Below, in pieces: positions 15,667-30,574 of a stretch of 64,000 nt of DNA (position 1 is the first letter of the stretch; each line of letters begins with the position of its first letter). The DNA is from the human T2T-CHM13v2.0 reference genome, Homo sapiens. A model generated the notes under the pieces. It searched no databases and was not told where the DNA came from. It was given only the letters and a program-made list of their open reading frames with translations. The translations under genes were made by a program, and so were the position numbers. Where the stretch lies: assembly GCF_009914755.1 (NCBI RefSeq), contig NC_060925.1; one strand, 5' to 3'.

Positions 15667-16238
15667 CATATCTTGAAATGGCCCTGCAAAGCTGTCCTTG
15701 TGGGGGAAAATTTGCATCTGTAAAGAATCTCTATTAACACAGCTAGATCTTTTTCTTCCAGGCCCTCCCAATCCTGAAGAGATTAACTAGAAGTCTAGCA
15801 CCTTTTAAAGATCTGAATAGGAAACACTTGTCATCTATTGTGTCTAAGGGCAGCCACTATAATACCTCAAAAGATCATTGGTCTCTACAATCTTTTATCT
15901 TAACCTGAACATTTCCTTTCTAGCTATCCCAGGTCTTCAGATAAACTCAACCAACTATAAACCAGAAAATGTTTAAATTTACCTATAGCCTGGAAGTCCC
16001 CCCACCCCCTGCGCTTTGAGTTGTCCCACCTTTCTGAATCAAATCCATGTATTATTAAATGTATTTGATTGATGTCGCATGGCTCTCTAAAATATATAAA
16101 ACCAAGCTGTACGCCGACCAATTTGGGTGCATGTTTTCAGGACCTCCTGAGGGTTGTGTCATGGGCCATGGTCACTCATATTTGGCTCAGAATAAAACTC
16201 TTAAAAAATTTTGCAGAGTTTGACTCTTTTTGTTGACA
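15437..16238 (+). mobile_element. ERV1 solo LTR, MER4E-like
   Basis: Starts tgagggctaagctctga, ends ttgaca. Exact TSD GATA (15433-15436 / 16239-16242). Internal T-run at 15633-15664. Confidence 0.88.
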
Positions 16239-16571
16239 GATAGTTGGAGTTGAAGTGTTATGTTCACTTTGGAGTTCTTACTTTCTTGAAATAAAATGTT
16301 TCTATGATTAATTCTAGAGTGTTGCTTCCATGTTTTGTGGGTGCCAATTTTTAGATATATATAAAATAAAGGGAGAATTAGAAGAAATTCTTCAGGAGAA
16401 CACTTGTGGCCAAAATACCTCAAATTTGTCTTTCTTTATTATAAAATTACTAGTTAAAATACCTTCTAATTTTTTTCTTTCTTTCTTAGAACACTATTTT
16501 AATTCTGTTAAACCAAAAAGTTTAAATGTATATATTTTTTATTAAAAGCATCCAGGAGCTATAGTAGATTC

Positions 16572-17690
16572 TGTGAAAGGAAAATAATTCTTGGAGCCCC
16601 AAAATCACTAAGCTAAACTGAAAAGTCAGGCTTGGAACTTCTTAGGGCAAACCAGTTCCCAGACCAAGCTGAGGGCTGAGGTGCTACTTCTCGTGGCCCA
16701 ATAACGAGATGCAGATGAACTGGGGAGGAAGAGAGTTTTTATTTCTGCAACTGGTTACAAGGAGAAGGTCTGGATATTATTGCCAGACCAACTCAAAATT
16801 ACAAAGTTTTCAAGATTATGTATCTTCTAAGCTATATGTCTATATGTAATTGTGCATTCATCTAAAGACATAAGTGATTAACTTCTCTTAATCTATAACT
16901 AAGGTCTGAGTTTTCAAGACCTTCCTCTGGAGCCTCAGTAAATTTACTTAATCTAAATGGGTCCAGGTGCTGGGTGATTACCTTTATCCTGTCTGCTGCT
17001 AAATCATGGAGGTTTGGGGAGTTCCTTCAGACCCCCAATAAACTTGTTTGTGGAGGCCTGGGGAGTTTCTTCAGACCCCCAATACAACTTGTTTAATCCT
17101 AAATGGGTCCTGTTAATAATTTCTTCATTATTTTCTCATGCTTTAAGGCCAAGAAAAGGCTTAGGCAAAACTCGTGGTGGGCTTTTGTTACATTCCAGCC
17201 TTTGTATAAGGGCACTGGCTTTTTTTTTTTTTTAACTTTTAATATTTAGCTTAACCACTCAGTCAGTACTGAAAGAGTTGCTATGGAGGCCTGTGTTAGT
17301 GAGAACTGGCCTGCTGCAAACTTGCCTCACATTCTATTCGAAGTCATTCTTCTGCTCACTCAGATAAATGCATATCTTATTGCTTCCTTTGGAAAGGCTA
17401 ATCAGAAACTCAAAAGAGTGCAACCATTTGTTTCTCACCTGCTTGTGAACTGGAAGCCCCCTCCCTGCTTCGAGTTGTCCTGCCTTTCTGGACAGAACCA
17501 ATGTACATCCTACCTATAATGATTGATGTCTCATGTCCCCTAAAATATATAAAACCAAGCTGTGCCATGACCATCTTGGGCACACATCTTCAGGACCTCC
17601 TGAGGTTGTGTCACGGGCACATGTCCTCAACCTTGGCAACATAAACTTTCTAAATTAACTGAGACCTGTCTCAGATATTTGGGGTTCACA
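16572..17690 (+). mobile_element. ERV1 solo LTR, MER4A-like, split by a nested LTR
   Basis: Starts tgtgaaaggaaaataa, ends ggggttcaca. Exact TSD ATTC (16568-16571 / 17691-17694). Confidence 0.9.
16654..17318 (-). mobile_element. ERV1 solo LTR, PABL_A-like, nested in MER4A
   Basis: Reverse complement starts tgcagcaggccagttctcactaacacaggcctccat. Near-TSD AACC/AACT. MER4A sequence is contiguous across the insertion. Confidence 0.85.
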
Positions 17691-17907
17691 ATTCCATAGA
17701 GCCAAACTAGTCATGAGTGGTATCTAGAGTGCTATTTAAACTCATGGAACTTGCAGTTACAAATGAAAGGTCCAAAAAAGATTTCTGGAAAACAAAGGAA
17801 AATAGAGCTATCTAGCAAACAGCATGGGGGTAAGAAGAATTTCCAGCTCACTTTGGAAATGATTCCAAAAGGAGCTACCAGCAGTCCTGATTAACTTAAT
17901 TAAATTA

Positions 17908-18459
17908 TGTCAGAGTCATTTGAACTGGAGCAACTCAATCTTCAATAGGAGCTGGGTAAAATGAGGCTGAGACCTACTTGGCTGTACTCCCAGATGGTTA
18001 CGTATTCTAAGTCACAGGATGAGATAGGAGGTCGGCACAAGATACAATTCATAAAGACCTTGCTAATAAAACAGTTTGCAGTAAAGAAGCTGGCCAAACC
18101 CCACCAAAACCAAGATGGCAACAAGAGTGACCTCTGGTCATCCTCACTGCTATACTTCCACCAGTGCTATAACAGTTTACAAATGCCATGGTAACATTAG
18201 GAAGTTACCCTATATGGTCTAAAAAGGGGAGACATGAATAATCCACCCCTTGTTTAGCATATCATCAAGAAATGACCATAAAAATGGATAACCAGCCACC
18301 TCAGGGCTTCTATGTCTACGGAGTAGCCATTCTTTTATTCTTCTACTTTCTTAATAAACTTACTTTCACTTTACTCTATGGACTTGCCCAAAATTCTTTC
18401 TTGTGCGAGATCTAAGAACCCTCTCTCAGAGTCTGTATTGGGACCTGTTTCCAGTAACA
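17908..18459 (+). mobile_element. ERV1 solo LTR, MER41A
   Basis: tgtcagag...tttgaac...gagcaactc start, cagtaaca end, TSD ATTA/GTTA. Lacks the MER41B GAS-containing segment. Confidence 0.9.
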
Positions 18460-19214
18460 GTTATAATACTGAAACATTTTCTTTAAAGAATTACCTGGAT
18501 TAAATGTTTTGCATTTCCTTGCACTGCCCTAGTTTTCCTAAAATTTGACTATAAATGGGAAGAATAGTACAAAAAAAACATAAATGGTGTCTTACAGTAA
18601 AGTATGCTGAAAATGATTTTTAAAATATGCCAATGAAATACACGATAAGCCTAAAGGAATCATTTTGCTTTTTTATTCCATCACACTGTGACACCACAAA
18701 GGCTAAGAGAAAGTTACATTTTTTGGGTTACTCAGATAATGCATATTTTGCAATCTGATGTTTCAGAGATCAAAAGGAAAGTAATATTGTGCATAGCTAA
18801 TGCTCTAAGTAGCCAGTAAAAAAGTTTACACCTTACTGGAATCCAACTAATAGACACCCTGTAGCTTTCCTTTAAAAAAAATGCAATTTAACTGAATTCA
18901 CTTAAAAAATATTTGATTTAAATAGAATATTTGGGGGGGAGTATGGAAGAGGATGATCATTAGCTATACAGTATTTGTAGTATTCCCGCAATCAAACACT
19001 GCAGGCAACTTTTCTCATAAATATAACTCTTCAGTCAATTTAACACTCCAAATGATCTAATTTTACCTTTCGTCTTTGAAATAGAAGAATAAATATATCA
19101 CATTGTTTAGAAAAATTAGAGAAAAGTAAAATATATAATTCCTCATGAATTAAAAATACAGTAAATATCTTCACAAAATTGCATTGCATTTTGCTACTTA
19201 ACATACTGTTTTTT

Positions 19215-19620
19215 ACTCATTCATTAATTTGTAAGATAAATGTTTATTAAAAAACTATTACATGTGAAATATTTCACTCTATGTATTTACCAAAAACCAA
19301 ACCATATACTATTTATGCTTTTAGGGAAAAAAGTACAAACAATTAAAAATAAGTTTTAATTATGACATTTGCCATGACAAATAATTGATATAGAACAACC
19401 GAGAAACATCTCTTTAGTTTGGATGATAAGAAAAAATCCTAAGGAGATTATTTTACCGTTAAAATTTGAAGGGTACAGAGGATCTAGCCATTTGGAGAGA
19501 GATATTCAAAGCAGAGAGTTATATGAAGAATTAAAAAACAGTGTGATTTATGCATGAAAGATTAAAATAGTAGCCAAAGATCAAACCACACAGAGCCTTC
19601 TGTTTATTCTAGAAGATTGG
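19215..19620 (-). mobile_element. L2 3' fragment
   Basis: cattcatt...aaatgtttatt start and degraded L2-like sequence downstream. Confidence 0.5.
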
Positions 19621-19679
19621 ATTTCATTCTTGTGAAATTTGAATTCTGGTAACCAGAGGAGTATAATACTCTGAATATG

Positions 19680-19739
19680 ACACACACACACACACACACA
19701 CCTGCATATGTGTGCACACACATACAAACACACACACAC
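19680..19739. repeat. Interrupted (CA)n microsatellite
   Basis: Seen directly in the sequence. Confidence 0.9.
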
Positions 19740-21499
19740 TTAGATATCATTTGGCCTTCTTTGTGAAGAGCATTCTGAAGTAGGAATGTGAAGTGCAGAG
19801 ACCAGATAAAAGGAAAGACAACTAAACTGGAGAATTGCTGGGACAGGTTACTAGCCCTGGGTGTAAATAAGTCCATATAAATATATTTTGCTTGAATAAA
19901 CTGTTTTAATTTAGGTGTTTTTCATTATAGAGATTAAGAAACAACCTTACATAATGCTACAAGATGTTGGAAAGTGATTGAACAGGGAATGCCCATACTT
20001 GTTTCTAGCTTATTCTTTGCAATAGTAGGCAAACTTTCTCTTTGAGATGCTACATTGTGCAATGCGTAGTAATAAGTATGAATTTTGTTTTAGAGGATAA
20101 CTTGTTTCCCCAAAAAAAGAGACTATATCAGGTAACATTATCTAAATTAATAAATAAACCTGTAAACTAGCTAAAATTAGCGTCTGTATCACCTGTAGGA
20201 ATAGTTTTTGAAAGGGCATATAGCCATGTGTTTTCATTATTTTTGTTTATAACATCAAAATATCTATAGTCATGGAGTGTTTTAGTAATGTTAAAGCAGT
20301 TTCATATAATGATTGTTATTATTTGAATGTTTATTATAAGCCATGAATATATTTTCCTTATAGAATATACACAATTAAACTTAAAGGTAAACACTAAATA
20401 TCATTGCCTATAATTCATAGGAATTACCAAAGGGATTTTCCTAATGTACACTCCTAGGTCCCCAGTGATTTTTCAGTGGTGCTCTCAGGAATTTTTATAA
20501 GGACTTTTTAGGGTGTTCCAATTCAAGTGATTTTTGAGAAAAAAATATTACTTGTATATTTTACACATCAAAACTAATATTAAGTCACTTTATGCATAAT
20601 TATTTAATATTAACTGTCAAGTGATAAGTAGCTGAGAAACTGATACATGTTAGATAGTGTAGTGTGTTGCATCCTCTCATATGTCATTTTGTTTCATTCT
20701 TACAATAAACTTATGAGTTAGGCATTGTAACTAATACCTATTAATACATGATGGTGGCTAGATACATATTTGTCTGACTTTATAATTTGTGTTTGTTTCA
20801 ATTCAAAACAGGCAGTAGGCTACTCGACAATATGCCCATGTATAGAGAAAAACATTCCAAAATTTGTAGGGGTAATCAATATTTCTAATGTTTTGTGGGA
20901 CATAGAGAGAAGCTGGATAGAGAATATTTTTCAAACTCTTACCTTCAAGTAAGAGCTCAACTAAAGCTAAGATACTCATATTCCTGATTATGGTTTCCAT
21001 AGTCTACCTCTTTATTCCAAGCAAATATAGATAGCCTTATTCCTATACTTTTAACCCTTAGAGTACTGGTAATATTGCCATAAGAATATTTCAACAATGA
21101 ATGAAATCATATATGAATTCAGACCTAACAAATAAATACAAGTTAAAATTTAGGAAAGGAAATTTTTAAAATTTTCCAATATTGTGGATAGAAAAATTTC
21201 ACAAATTGAATAGTATTATCAAATTTGCAATCACACTTACTATTAGATAATCTCTACTTATACTTTAATTATATGAAAATTTATATGGGCTTCTGCACGC
21301 ATATATTTATGTATATGTATATATAGATGAATAAAAGATAGTATTTGGAAGCCAAATTATAAATTTCATTAAATGAATCCTTTGATTTACAATAATCTAT
21401 ATGATTATTTAGACAGCAGTTATAAATGTTAGTTATATATAAAAAATTCCCCTATATAAGAAATAATGCTAAAAACATGGAAAACGTTCTGTTTTATTT

Positions 21500-21800
21500 C
21501 CATTCAGTCATTCGGTCAATCACAAAAAAAGGTTTCTACTTGTTTTTGAATGTGACAGAATATAGGAATGTAATTATGAACAATAAAGGGTGATTGTTCT
21601 TAAAAAACTTGCTGTCAAATGGAGACAAATTAGAATACAGAGGAAATTATGATATAGTGTTATTCATGTAGAATAATTATGAATATATTTAGAGAATTAA
21701 GAGAGCACTTAGAATGAGCTAATAAATCCTGAGGAATTAGAGAGTTTGCTGAAAAGTTTATATCTGACCTGAATCACAATATAAAAAAAGAAATGGCCTG
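21500..21800 (-). mobile_element. L2 3' fragment
   Basis: cattcagtcattc start and L2-like downstream motifs. Confidence 0.45.
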
Positions 21801-24725
21801 ACTAAATTGAGATAAATATAGAATGACGCAAAAAATGAAACATTAATTTTGACATTTGATAAATTGTTAATTACATACATATGTGTATGATATGCATATT
21901 TATTTAAAATTAACTTGGGACTATGTTGCTTTATGATTAATTTATTGAGAGTGTATTAAAAAAAATGGCAGGACAGAGGGCCCAAGTTCATCCCCCTACA
22001 TAAATACCAACTTGACAACCATCAACAGATTTTTTAAAAATGCCATTGTAAGAGCTCTGAAATCCAAGGGATGCAGTACCACACACAGTGGAGCACAGCA
22101 CAGAAACTAAAAGAAAGCCACATTAAAAAGAGTAAGAGAAGTTTTCTTGCATCATTGCTTTTTAAGTCAGTATGGTTCATCACTGAGAAGAATTTATTGG
22201 ATCTATAATTTCTCCTGTGGCGAAAGTATAGTATAAGTGGACTTGGAGCTTCCCAGCATTTCAGGGCACTTCCCAAGTGACCCATTCTGTATTGCCTCAC
22301 CCAGAGCGTTGGCGAAATTGGCATGACTCAATGCCTTGGAAGAACTTAAGTACAAAGAGAAGTGGTGTGGTCTCTCAACAACAAGTGTACAGAATGTGGT
22401 GGTAGAATCCACCTTCCCATAAACCCTAACAGTAGGCTTCACCTGCACACAGGTCCTAACAGCAGTTCCCACCTACACACAGACTGCAACAGCAAACCCA
22501 CCAAGAATCTGTGACCAGGTTGACTACCATAGAGGTATTTCCCCGCCAAAGTAATTTGGTAAAGTCTAGGGAAAAAGTGACTGTATCTTTAAATATGCAG
22601 ACACTGGCAGAAGGATACAAAGGTCAGGAAGAACCAGGGAAATGTGACACCACAAACAGAGCTTAATTAAACTCCTGTAACCAGCCTTAAGGAAACGGAT
22701 ATCTATGTATTTTCTGACAAAGAATTCATCTTAAGGAAGCTTATTGGAATATAAAACAACATAGATTTGCAAATAAACAAAACTCAGAAAAAATATAAGG
22801 ACAAAATTAGTTCAATAAACAAACAAAGAAACACAAAAACAAACAGAATCCTAGAGTTGAAGAATATAAGGACTGAATCAAAAAATTCAATAGAAAGATT
22901 CAACAGCAAACTTGATCAAAAGAAGAAAGAATCAGTGAATTCAAAGACAGATCAATTGAATTTAGACTGTCAGAGAAGAAAAAGAAAAAAAGCTGAAAAA
23001 TTGTGAAGAAAGCTTATGGCACTTATGTGACACAACCAATTGCAACAAGGCATACATTATAGGAGTCTAAAAAGAGAAGAGAGACAAAGCAGAAGAAATA
23101 TTATTTAAACACATAATGCAGAAAACTTCCCACATCTTGAGAGAGAAATGAACATTCAGACTCATGAATCTGAAAGACCCCAAATCAGTAAAACATATGG
23201 ATATCTACATCAAGGCACATTATAATTACATTGACCAAAATCAAAGATGGAGAGAATTTTGAAAGCAGAGGTAGAAGTGATCACATTCATGGGAACTCTC
23301 ACAAAACTGTCAGAGGATTTCTCACAGAAACTATGTGGACCGAGAAAGAATGGGTTGATATATTTAAAACACATAAAGAAAAAACTGCTGCCAAGAATAC
23401 TATAACCACCAAATATGTCCTTTAATACTGAAAAGAAAAACATTTTCCCAGGTCAGTAAAAACTGAGGGAGTTCATCACCACTAAACCTGCTTTCTAGGA
23501 AGTACTAAAAAGAGTTCTACAAATTATAATAAAAAGATACTATATGGTACACAAAAGCATTTAAAAACATAACTCTCACTGGCAAAGGCAAATGTACAGA
23601 CATATATAAATATTGTAACACATTAATGGTGGTGTGTAAAGAGCAAAATCTGATATAAATAACACAATGTGTCAAATAAGTAAAATTGTAGTTTTGTTTG
23701 TGATTTAAGTTAAATTGTTCTCAGCTTAATATAGACTGTTATTAATATAAGATTTTTGATGCAATCTCATATTGTCCACAAGAAGCAAAACCTATAATAG
23801 ATAAATAAAAAAAGGAGAGAAAAAAAGAGCACAGAGCATATCACTGAAAAAATAAACACAAGGAAAAACAAGAGAGGAGAAAACAAGAGAACTACAAAAT
23901 AAAATATAATAAAAAAGTGCAATAGTAAGCCTTTACCTACGAATAATTACTTTACTTAGAAACTGACTAAATACTGCAAACAAATATATAGAATAGTTGA
24001 ATGGATAAAAAAGCAGTAACCAACTTTATGCTGACTATAAAAACTCACCTTAGACATAAGGAGGCACATAGGCTGAAAGTGAAGAATTGGAAGAAGACAT
24101 TTCATACAAATGGTAAACAAAAGAGAGAAGAAGTGGCTATACTTATATCAGATAAACATATACACCCACTATATACCTACAAAAATTAAAAATAAAAAAT
24201 CTTTAAAAATTGGCTTTAAGTCAAAAACTGTCACAAAAGACAAATAAGGTCATTATATAATGATAAAAGGATCAATTCAGAAAATATGTATAATAATTAT
24301 AAATATGTATGCACCCAACATCAGAACACCTAATTACTTAAAGCAAACACTGACAAATCAGAAGTGAGAGACAGACTGTAATATCATAATAGTAGGTGAT
24401 TTCAATACCCTACTTTCAATTATAGAGTAGGGTATTGAAGTAGAAAATCAATAAGAAAACAACAGACTTGAAAACACTGTAGACCAAATGGTCCTACAGA
24501 TACATACAAAGAATTTTACCCAACAGTAATAAAGTATACATTTCTCTCAAGTGCACACAGAACGTTATCCAGGATAAAAAATATGGTAGTTCCCAAAACA
24601 AGTCTTAAAAATTTCAAGAAGATTGAAATCATTTCAAGTATCTTTTCCAATCACAATGGAATGAAAATAAATAGAAATCAATAACCAGAGGAAAATGTGA
24701 AAATTCACAAAAGCATGAAAATTAG

Positions 24726-25228
<503 letters not shown>

Positions 25229-26332
25229 TTAAACGATACACCACCAAGCAACAATTAGATAAAAGAAGAAATCAAAAAGGAAATCAGCAACCATCTCAAG
25301 ATAAACAAAAACAAAACATACCAAAACTTACCGAGTACAGTTAAAGAAGTACTGAGAGAGGAGTTTATAGCAATGAAAGTCTACATTAAAAAAAAGAAGA
25401 ACTCAAATAACCAACCTAACTTTATTCTTCAAGAAACTAGGAAAAGAAGAACAAACTAAGCACAAATTGAGCAGAAGGAAGTAAAGAATAAATATCAGAG
25501 CAGATGTCCATGAAATAGAGATAGAAAGACAATTTAAAAATTGCTAAAACTTAGATTTGGTATTTTTAAAAAATAAACAAATTAGAAAAGACGAGAAAAA
25601 TCAAATAAAATTAAAAATGAAAGAGGCAATATTTCAACTGATGGCACAACAATTAAAAAATCATAATAGACTATTATGAGTGACATTCCCCCAACTATTG
25701 GACAAACTAGAAGAAATAGATAAATTCATAAAAATATAAAATCTACTAAGTGAGAAGTAAGAAGAAATAGAAAGCCTGAAAAGACCAATAACAAATAAAG
25801 AGGTTTATTCAGTTATTTAAAACTTCTTAAGAAACAAAAGCTTAGAACTAGATGGTTTCACAGGTAAATTCAAGAAAAAAAAAACTTTTAAAAAATAATC
25901 AATACTAATGTTACTTAAACGTTTTCAAAAAATAGAAAAAAAATTGAACACTTTCTAACTCATTCAATAAAGCCAACATCACCTTAATACTAAGGCATGA
26001 GAAAGAAAATACAACTTCAAGCTAGTATCCCTGATAAACATAGTACAAAAATGCTCAAGAAAATACTAGCAAACCAGATTTAAACCACATTACAATTTTC
26101 ATACACCATAACCAAGTAGAATTTATACCTAGGATGAGAGGATGGTTGAATCAATCATCCAAATCAATCAATAAGTTACACTACATTAACAGAATGAACA
26201 GTAAAACTTACATGATCCTCTTAGTAGCTACAAAAAAGTATTTGATAAAATTTAATTCCCTTTCATAATAAGAATGCTCAATAAAGTAGAAGGAACTAAC
26301 CTCCAAACAATAAAGACCATTTTAAAAAAATT

Positions 26333-26636
<304 letters not shown>

Positions 26637-28700
26637 ATTACACTCATTATTGAAAAGTTAAAAACTTTCTCTCTGAGATATGGAACAAGGCAAAGACACT
26701 CACTCTCAGCACTCCCATTTAACATAGTATTAGAAGTCCTAACCAGAGCAATTAGGCCAGGAAAAACATCCAAATATATTCAAATTTGAAATGAGTAAGT
26801 GAATTTAAATCTGTTTGCAGATGACATAGTCTTAAATGTAGAAAACTTCAGAGCCCACAAAAAACCTCTTCAGATGAATAAACATATTCAGTAAAGTTGC
26901 ATATTAGAAATCAACATTAAAAATTAGTTGAGTTTCATTCACATCTAATTTTGTACACATCTAATTTTGTGTACTTCTGAACAGGAAATTAAGAATTTTG
27001 TTTACAATAGTATAAAAAAGAATAGAATCCTTACAAATAAATGTATCCAAGGAAGTGAGGAATTGGTACACTGAAAACCATACGACATTCATGAAAATAA
27101 TTAACACAGACACAAATAAATGGAAAAATATTCCATGCTCATGAATGATTAGAAGAATTAATATTGTTAAATGCCCAAATTACCAGAAGCAATTTACAGA
27201 ATCAGTGCCATCTCTTTCAAAATCCCAATGGCATTTTTTACTGTAATAGAACTATGCTAAAATTCATTTGAAATTACAAAACACCCTGAATGGCTAAACC
27301 AATTTTGAGCAAAAGGAATAAAGTTAGAGGTATGATGTTCCTTGATTTCAAAATACATTGCAAATCTAGAGTAATCAAAATAGTATGAGACTAATAAAAA
27401 AATTGACACCAGTGTAACAGAACAAAGACTCAGAAGTAAACCCATGCTTATATGAGCAATTCGTCTTCCATGGGTCAAGATTACACAATTTGGAAAGTAT
27501 AGTCTCTTCAACAAATGGCTTGGGCAAAACTGGATATCCATAAGCAAAAGAATAAATTTGAACCTTTATCTCATACCATACAAAAAAAAAAATTCAAAAA
27601 TGCTTTGAAGACAAAGGTAAAATCTGAAGCCATAAAACTATTAGAAGAAAACATAAAAAAATTTTTTTCTTGGATTTGGCAACAATTTCTTGCATCTAAT
27701 ACCAAGGCTCAGGCAACAACGACAAATACAGACAAGCTGACTTACATTAAACTAAAAATTTTCCACATATCAAAGGAAACAATCAACAAAATACAAAGTC
27801 AGCCATAGGAGGAAAAATTTGCAAATTGTTTATCTGATAAGGGGTTAATATTAAAAATATTAAGGAACTCATATACAACTCAATAGAAAACAAAACCAAA
27901 CCCCAGATAATCCAACTATTTAAATGGGCAAAGAACCTGAATAAACATTTCTCCCAAGAGGATATACAAATGGCCAGCAGGTATATAAATAGGTGCTTAA
28001 CATCACTAATCATCAGGGAAATGCAAATCAAAAGTCAAATTACATCTCACTTCATACCTGTATACCTGTTAAAATGACTATTATTAAAAAAAACTGAAAT
28101 TTAAAAAGCTACAACTAAAACCAAAAGATAATTGCTGGAAGGATTTGAAGGAAAGGGAATCCTTGTGCACTGTTGGTAAAGATATAAATGGATGTAAATA
28201 CTATGGAAAACAGAAAGGAGGTTACTCCAAAAATTAATAGACAAAGTATCATTTAATGCAACAATCCCAATTCTGGGCATATGTCCAAAGGAATTGAATA
28301 TCGGGATCTCAAAGAGCTATTTCCACCCCCATGTTCGTTGAAGCATTATTCTCAGTAGTCAAGATGTCTAAAATGTCTATAGGATAAAGAAATTATGCTG
28401 TATACATACAATGAAATATTATTGAGCCTTAATAATGACAGAAGTACTACCATTTTTAGCAAGAGGCATGGACCTCGAGGATTTTATGGTAAGTAATTAA
28501 GCCAGACACAAAAGGACAAATATGGCATGATCTCACTTACACATAGATTCAAAAATAGTCAAACGTATAGTAGCAGAGAATAGACTGGTGATTATCAGGG
28601 ATTGGAGGGAGGGGAAAATGGAGAGTTGTTGATCAAAGGGTTCAAAGTTTCAGTTATGCAAGATCGTTAAGTTCTAGGGATCTACAGTAGAGGATAATAC

Positions 28701-29416
28701 TGTTACCAGTGGAAGGTATCCAGTTACCAGTGGCAAATCCATACAGGGCTGCAGCAACCTCAATTCTTGCCTCCTCAGAAGAAAGAATTTGACTGAGGGC
28801 ATAAGGCAGAAAGAGACTCAGGCAAGTTTCAGAGCAGGAGTGGAAGTTTATTAAAAACTTTAGAGTAGGAAATAAAGGAAAGTACACTTGGAAGAGACCC
28901 AAATGGGCACCGAGAAGGTCAAGTGCCATGTTTAACCATGATCCTAGGACTTTACAGTCTGATCTTCTTCCTGTATCTTGCACTCCTTTCCCATGTGTCT
29001 TCCCTTAGGGTGGGCTGCCCACATACACAGTGCCTTTCTTACCCTTGAAAACTGAGCATGTGTAGTGTGTTTAGGAAGTTGTATGCATGCCCGTCTGAGG
29101 CTTTCTTCTCTTTTCTGGTGGAGTGCCCCCAGAATGTCATACTTGGCCATTTTGTCTCATAATGTGCGTGCCCGGGGTCACTCGCCCGTATCTGAGATGT
29201 TATTGGAAGCTCTTTTTTGCTTTTCCCTGGTGCCTGCATTCAATTTATACTATAATGTTAACTGTGGACCATTAGAAGATTGTCTTTCCCTGGTGCAGGC
29301 TGTCAAATTATCATTTTTAGAGAGGCAATGTGATGATTGTCAAACCATCACCTGATATTTCTGGTGGGTAGGGGAGAGCCCTCTCCTGCCCCACTCATGC
29401 CTAACTACCCATAACA
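28701..29416 (-). mobile_element. ERV1 solo LTR, MER50-family
   Basis: TG...CA termini with exact TSD ATAC (28697-28700 / 29417-29420). Related to the LTR at 5920-6611. Confidence 0.88.
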
Positions 29417-30574
29417 ATACCTAGAGTTAACAATATTATTTTGTCTAATTAAAAATTTGCTAAGCAGGTAAATCTTATGTTAAGCAGTGTCACCATAAAA
29501 GAAAAAAATAAAACTTTTGGAGGTGATGACTAGATTTATGGCCTTAACTGTGGTAATAATTTCACAAGTGTATATTTATCTCCAAATTCATCAAGTTTTG
29601 TCAGTCATATCTCATTAAAGTGGTTTAAAAATAATATCCTGAAAAAAGATTAATTTTCTTTCATGAAACTTCAAAATCAACTTATTTTACCAAAGGAATT
29701 ATGAGTTACATAGTAGTGCATAAAAGATCTGTACAGCTAGATTGCTTATATTTGCAGAAAAGTTTAATGTTGATAAGATTACATTTATATTCAACAGAAT
29801 TTACCAGAACTCCTATGTATATATATTACAAACATGTTAATTAGGTCTCAAGTAACATTTTTTTAGATAAAAAAATTTTTTTGAATCAAGGTCATGAATA
29901 TGTGTGTGTGGGGGAGGGCATATATATCTCCACTTAGCAGCCGAGATTTTATTAAAATGATTTGTTGCATTGTCTAATTTCTCATTTAGAAACAGTTAAG
30001 GAAGTTCCTTGCTTTGTGAATTTGTACATATCCTACCTCTATCTTAATATGTTTATATAAATTTCAGAGGGCCATATCTACCCAGAGGGAAACACATGCC
30101 TAAGGGTAGAGATTCTCAAAATGCTGCTTTCTATGAACAAAGTGATGATGTGCAGGCTTTGTATGCCTAGCTCCTCTTCAGAGGCAAACACTGACATGTA
30201 TACTAAAACACTGTGAATTTCATGAAGCTAGAAAGATCATATGAAAAGATGTTAATTGGTCATTTATTCATCAAATTGTAGAATCCAATTTTACTTGGTC
30301 ATTTATGTGGAATTTGTCCACTATAGGGTGTTAGCTGGAAGTGAATAAAAATGTTAATCTTCTTGCTTAATTTAATTTGGATAATATTCTTTATTTCTCT
30401 TCCTATCCTGAAGTTCACTAATCCCCTATTATTATCTATTGCTTTCACCTCTCCCAATTTTAATATTTGAATATTCAGCTCCTTAATTAGTGTTTTATAT
30501 AATTTATCAAGTGTGAATTTGCCTAAATGTACACTTAAGTAAAAATAATATTCTAAAGATATTTCCAATTTATA

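Noticed and set aside
18215-18250. MER41 as an interferon-gamma/STAT1-inducible enhancer
   Set aside because: The sequence reads aaaaaggggaga-catgaataat, lacking the tandem GAS (TTCCNGGAA) segment of MER41B. This is the MER41A form.
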